Below are positions 61,267-64,000 of a stretch of 64,000 bases of DNA, in pieces. Source of the stretch: Lachnospiraceae bacterium. Lineage in GTDB: Bacteria; Bacillota; Clostridia; Lachnospirales; Lachnospiraceae. The notes under the pieces are model-generated. The model saw only the letters and a program-made list of their open reading frames with translations, was not told the origin of the DNA and did not search any database. Position 1 is the stretch's first letter. Every line of letters begins with the position of its first letter. The translations under genes were made by a program, and so were the position numbers. Location: positions 51 through 64,050 of the forward strand of contig CAVLCU010000001.1 of the NCBI GenBank assembly GCA_963661545.1, written 5' to 3'.

Positions 61267-61350
61267 ATCCTCCACTCATCCTTTCTTCCAAAACCTATAC
61301 GTCTCTGTCACCCTTCTTGTCTTTACCCCGGTGGTCATCTTGCTGCCTGC

Positions 61351-64000
61351 TTATTTCTCCCGTCGGTAAATCTGATAGGTAACCCCTTCTGTGGCCTCCC
61401 ATACCAGGTTCACCATTCCCTCCTGGTCTCTGGAGGCAGAGGCCGTCTGATCCGGCAGGATGGGCTCTGTCTGTCCCCGGCTGATCTGGTAGGACGCCCC
61501 GGCTGTCGTATCAAAGGTAAAGATCCCATTTTCCCCACGGACCTCCACAGCCTCCCCATTGCAGGTTACGGAAATATTCTCCCAGCCCGTCTTCAGGGAG
61601 CAGGTTCCCCCATTGCGGGAGACTATGTCAAGACTAATCAGCCCAAGGTTCTCCCAGTCGGCGCTGACCTCAAATCCCCCTTTCGCCAAAAGGCCCCGGA
61701 AGGAGCCGGAGGACCAGGCAGAAGGAAGGGCAGGCAGGACTTCGATATAACCCATATTGGACTGCAGGAGCATCTCCCCGAAGGCTGCGGAATAACCGTA
61801 GTTGGCATCAATCTGGAAGGCCTTGCCGTCCCCGCCGTAACCGCCATAGTCATGGTAGCCCCAGAGATTCTTCATCACACCATGGTTCAATACCGAAGAC
61901 AGGTAATCATAGGCATTGTCCCCATCTCCCAGGGCTGCCCAGGTACAGGCCCGCTGAGCCAGGCTCCAGCCGCTGACGGTATTCTTTCCCCGAAGGTTCA
62001 GGGTATTGACAGCCGCTGCCTTATCCGTTTCATAATCCCCGCTGATGGAACCCAACATACTGCCGGGGAAGATGCCCAGCATCTGGGAGATATGGCGGTG
62101 ACTGGGATCGTCCTGATTATAGCCATTGACATAATCATTTTCATCATACCATTCCCTGATATAGGAAGAACCGGAGGACACCCCATTGCGGGAGCTGCCG
62201 GTGGTTCCCAGGAAGCTGGTATAGAGCCTGCTGCGGGTATCCTCCATAGCCTGAATGACCCCCCTGTCTTGATTCAAGGCTCGGGCTGCTTCTATGGTAT
62301 CGGTATAGAGCTGCCAGATCAGGGACTGCTCGTAGGTATTGCCGTAGGTCATGCCCCCGATCTCCGGAGAGATGGACAGAGGGAAGACCAGCTTCCCATC
62401 CTTTTCCTCCAGCAGCTGGTCATACATGGCCACCTGCTTCTCCAGCAGGGGATAGAGGGTTTCCTCCAGATATTGCCGGTCCCCGGTATATTGGTAATAA
62501 TCGTAGCAGGTTTGCAAGAGCCAGGTAGCGGCCGAGGGGGACCAGCCCCAGGAATAAGACCAGCCGGGGCAGGTATATCCATAGGGGGTATTCTGGGTAT
62601 GCATCATCATGCCCCAGCTGGCATCCGTATAAGCCTGCACCGTCCGGTTGCCAGGCTCATACATGGCCTCCATATATTGACACAAGGGCTTGAGGCAGGA
62701 GGCCAGGTTGCCGGTTCCCGCCAGCCAATAGTTCATCTCCAGGTTGATGTTGGTATGGATATCCGAATACCAGGGGGCCTGGTTATTGTTATTCCAGATG
62801 CCCTGCAAGGTGGTGGGCAATTGGCTGTTCTCCCGGCTGCCGCTGATGAGAAGATAGCGGCCGTATTGGTATTGCAGGGTCTCCAGATATCGTTTCTCCC
62901 CATCCGAGGCTGTGGAACGGGAGTAGCTGGTCAGGAGGGCATCCGTAGTCTGATCACTGCTGCCTCCCAGATCCACCCAGGCTCCCTCATAGAGGCTCTT
63001 ATAATCCGCCTGGTGATCCGCCAGCACCTGGTCATAACCCTTGCTGAGAGCCCCATCCAGGACAGCCCTCACCCGGGCCTTCAGCTGGTCGGCACTCTCC
63101 CCCGTCCGGTAGTAATATTCTTCCCCTCCCTCCGGGTTGGAAAAGCTGGTGGAATAATCGGTAGCCGCCGTTACATAGACCGTTACCCCGGTAGCCTGAC
63201 TGACCTGAATGCCAGTGCCGGAGACAGTAAGGCTTCCATCCTCCGCCACCACGGCCAGCTGGGTATTGTGGAGCAGGCCGTTATTGGAGACACTTCCCTC
63301 GCAATTCATATAAGCCACCGGACTTTGATCCCCCTCCGTCCAGGCGGAAATGCTGCCATTTTGCTTACTGGTCAGGGAAAGGGTAAAGGACAGGCTGTCA
63401 CCGGTCAGACGTGCCACAATGACATTGTCCGGATTACTGGCAAAATAGGTCCGACTGTAACCCCTGTCGGAGACCGAAGCCAATCCCTCCTCCAGATCCA
63501 GATCCCGGACATAAGCATCCGTCTTACCGCTTCCCCCGCCGGTAAATTGAAAATACAAGTCCCCCAAAGCCTGGTAGCCCTCATAATAACCGGTGGAGAC
63601 TCCCTGAAGCTTAGCAGCATTCACACTCCCCCCATTCAAGATGGTGGACACCATGCTATTCCAGTCTTCATCGGTAATCCCGGCATTGCCTCCCATATTG
63701 CTGCTGTCGTAATTGCCCCCGGACCAGAGGGTCTCCTCGTTGAGGGTCAGATGCTCCTGCTCCACCTCCCCGTAGATATTAGCCCCCAGGCGCCCATTTC
63801 CGATGGGCAGGGTAGCACTTTGCCAAATGCCATTGGAATTCCACCAGGCCGAGGCAGTCTGGCTGGCAGGCTCATCGTACCAAAGCCGCATTCTGCTGCT
63901 GGTCTGGGCATCCGTCCTTATCGGCTGCCCCGGCAGGGAAGAGACCACCGCAGCCGCCAGACACAGGCTGAGCAGCTTCCCCTTTTTTCCTCTCCCACCT
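61351..64000 (-). CDS. Secreted GH95 alpha-L-fucosidase-like glycoside hydrolase (5' end beyond the window)
   Basis: LPIGNGRLGA, LNEETLWSG, QYGRYLLIS, LQGIW, HTNINLEMNYW, SPE, HRHISQ, FQIDANYG and LPALP. The frame stays open to the window edge and encodes a signal peptide ..KKGKLLSLCLAAAVVSSL..DA. Confidence 0.92.
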   Translation of the reverse strand, partial: GGRGKKGKLLSLCLAAAVVSSLPGQPIRTDAQTSSRMRLWYDEPASQTASAWWNSNGIWQSATLPIGNGRLGANIYGEVEQEHLTLNEETLWSGGNYDSSNMGGNAGITDEDWNSMVSTILNGGSVNAAKLQGVSTGYYEGYQALGDLYFQFTGGGSGKTDAYVRDLDLEEGLASVSDRGYSRTYFASNPDNVIVARLTGDSLSFTLSLTSKQNGSISAWTEGDQSPVAYMNCEGSVSNNGLLHNTQLAVVAEDGSLTVSGTGIQVSQATGVTVYVTAATDYSTSFSNPEGGEEYYYRTGESADQLKARVRAVLDGALSKGYDQVLADHQADYKSLYEGAWVDLGGSSDQTTDALLTSYSRSTASDGEKRYLETLQYQYGRYLLISGSRENSQLPTTLQGIWNNNNQAPWYSDIHTNINLEMNYWLAGTGNLASCLKPLCQYMEAMYEPGNRTVQAYTDASWGMMMHTQNTPYGYTCPGWSYSWGWSPSAATWLLQTCYDYYQYTGDRQYLEETLYPLLEKQVAMYDQLLEEKDGKLVFPLSISPEIGGMTYGNTYEQSLIWQLYTDTIEAARALNQDRGVIQAMEDTRSRLYTSFLGTTGSSRNGVSSGSSYIREWYDENDYVNGYNQDDPSHRHISQMLGIFPGSMLGSISGDYETDKAAAVNTLNLRGKNTVSGWSLAQRACTWAALGDGDNAYDYLSSVLNHGVMKNLWGYHDYGGYGGDGKAFQIDANYGYSAAFGEMLLQSNMGYIEVLPALPSAWSSGSFRGLLAKGGFEVSADWENLGLISLDIVSRNGGTCSLKTGWENISVTCNGEAVEVRGENGIFTFDTTAGASYQISRGQTEPILPDQTASASRDQEGMVNLVWEATEGVTYQIYRREK

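Overview
This 64-kb window looks like chromosome from a moderately GC-rich Firmicute of Clostridia/Lachnospiraceae type, with most genes on the minus strand. The housekeeping backbone is prfB (programmed +1 frameshift), secA, hpf, an FtsX-type ABC transporter, rsmI-trmN6-ricT(yaaT)-holB, a gmk-like gene, an OmpR two-component system, SAM-I riboswitch-metK, a beta-CASP nuclease, murG, glgB, tatD and metG. Accessory blocks are: (i) two sortase-anchored lipase-fold surface proteins between holB and the gmk-like gene; (ii) a complete Tad/Flp pilus locus, including a 55-aa Flp pilin missed by the ORF track; (iii) an AT-richer PucR / PreA-like / NRAMP-like islet; (iv) at the right end, a tightly packed operon. 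That operon runs: secreted GH95 fucosidase, 1.5-kaa secreted protein, 77-aa Cys-rich peptide with a lasso-like YxxP leader and C-terminal Ser, HPr-kinase-like protein, radical SAM/SPASM enzyme, KamA-type radical SAM. It is the best candidate for an undescribed system: a putative RiPP pathway coupled to secreted proteins. In addition, the GH95 C-terminus and the next protein's mature N-terminus appear to be two halves of one fibronectin-type-III domain. All assignments come from motif reading only; no database searches were run.
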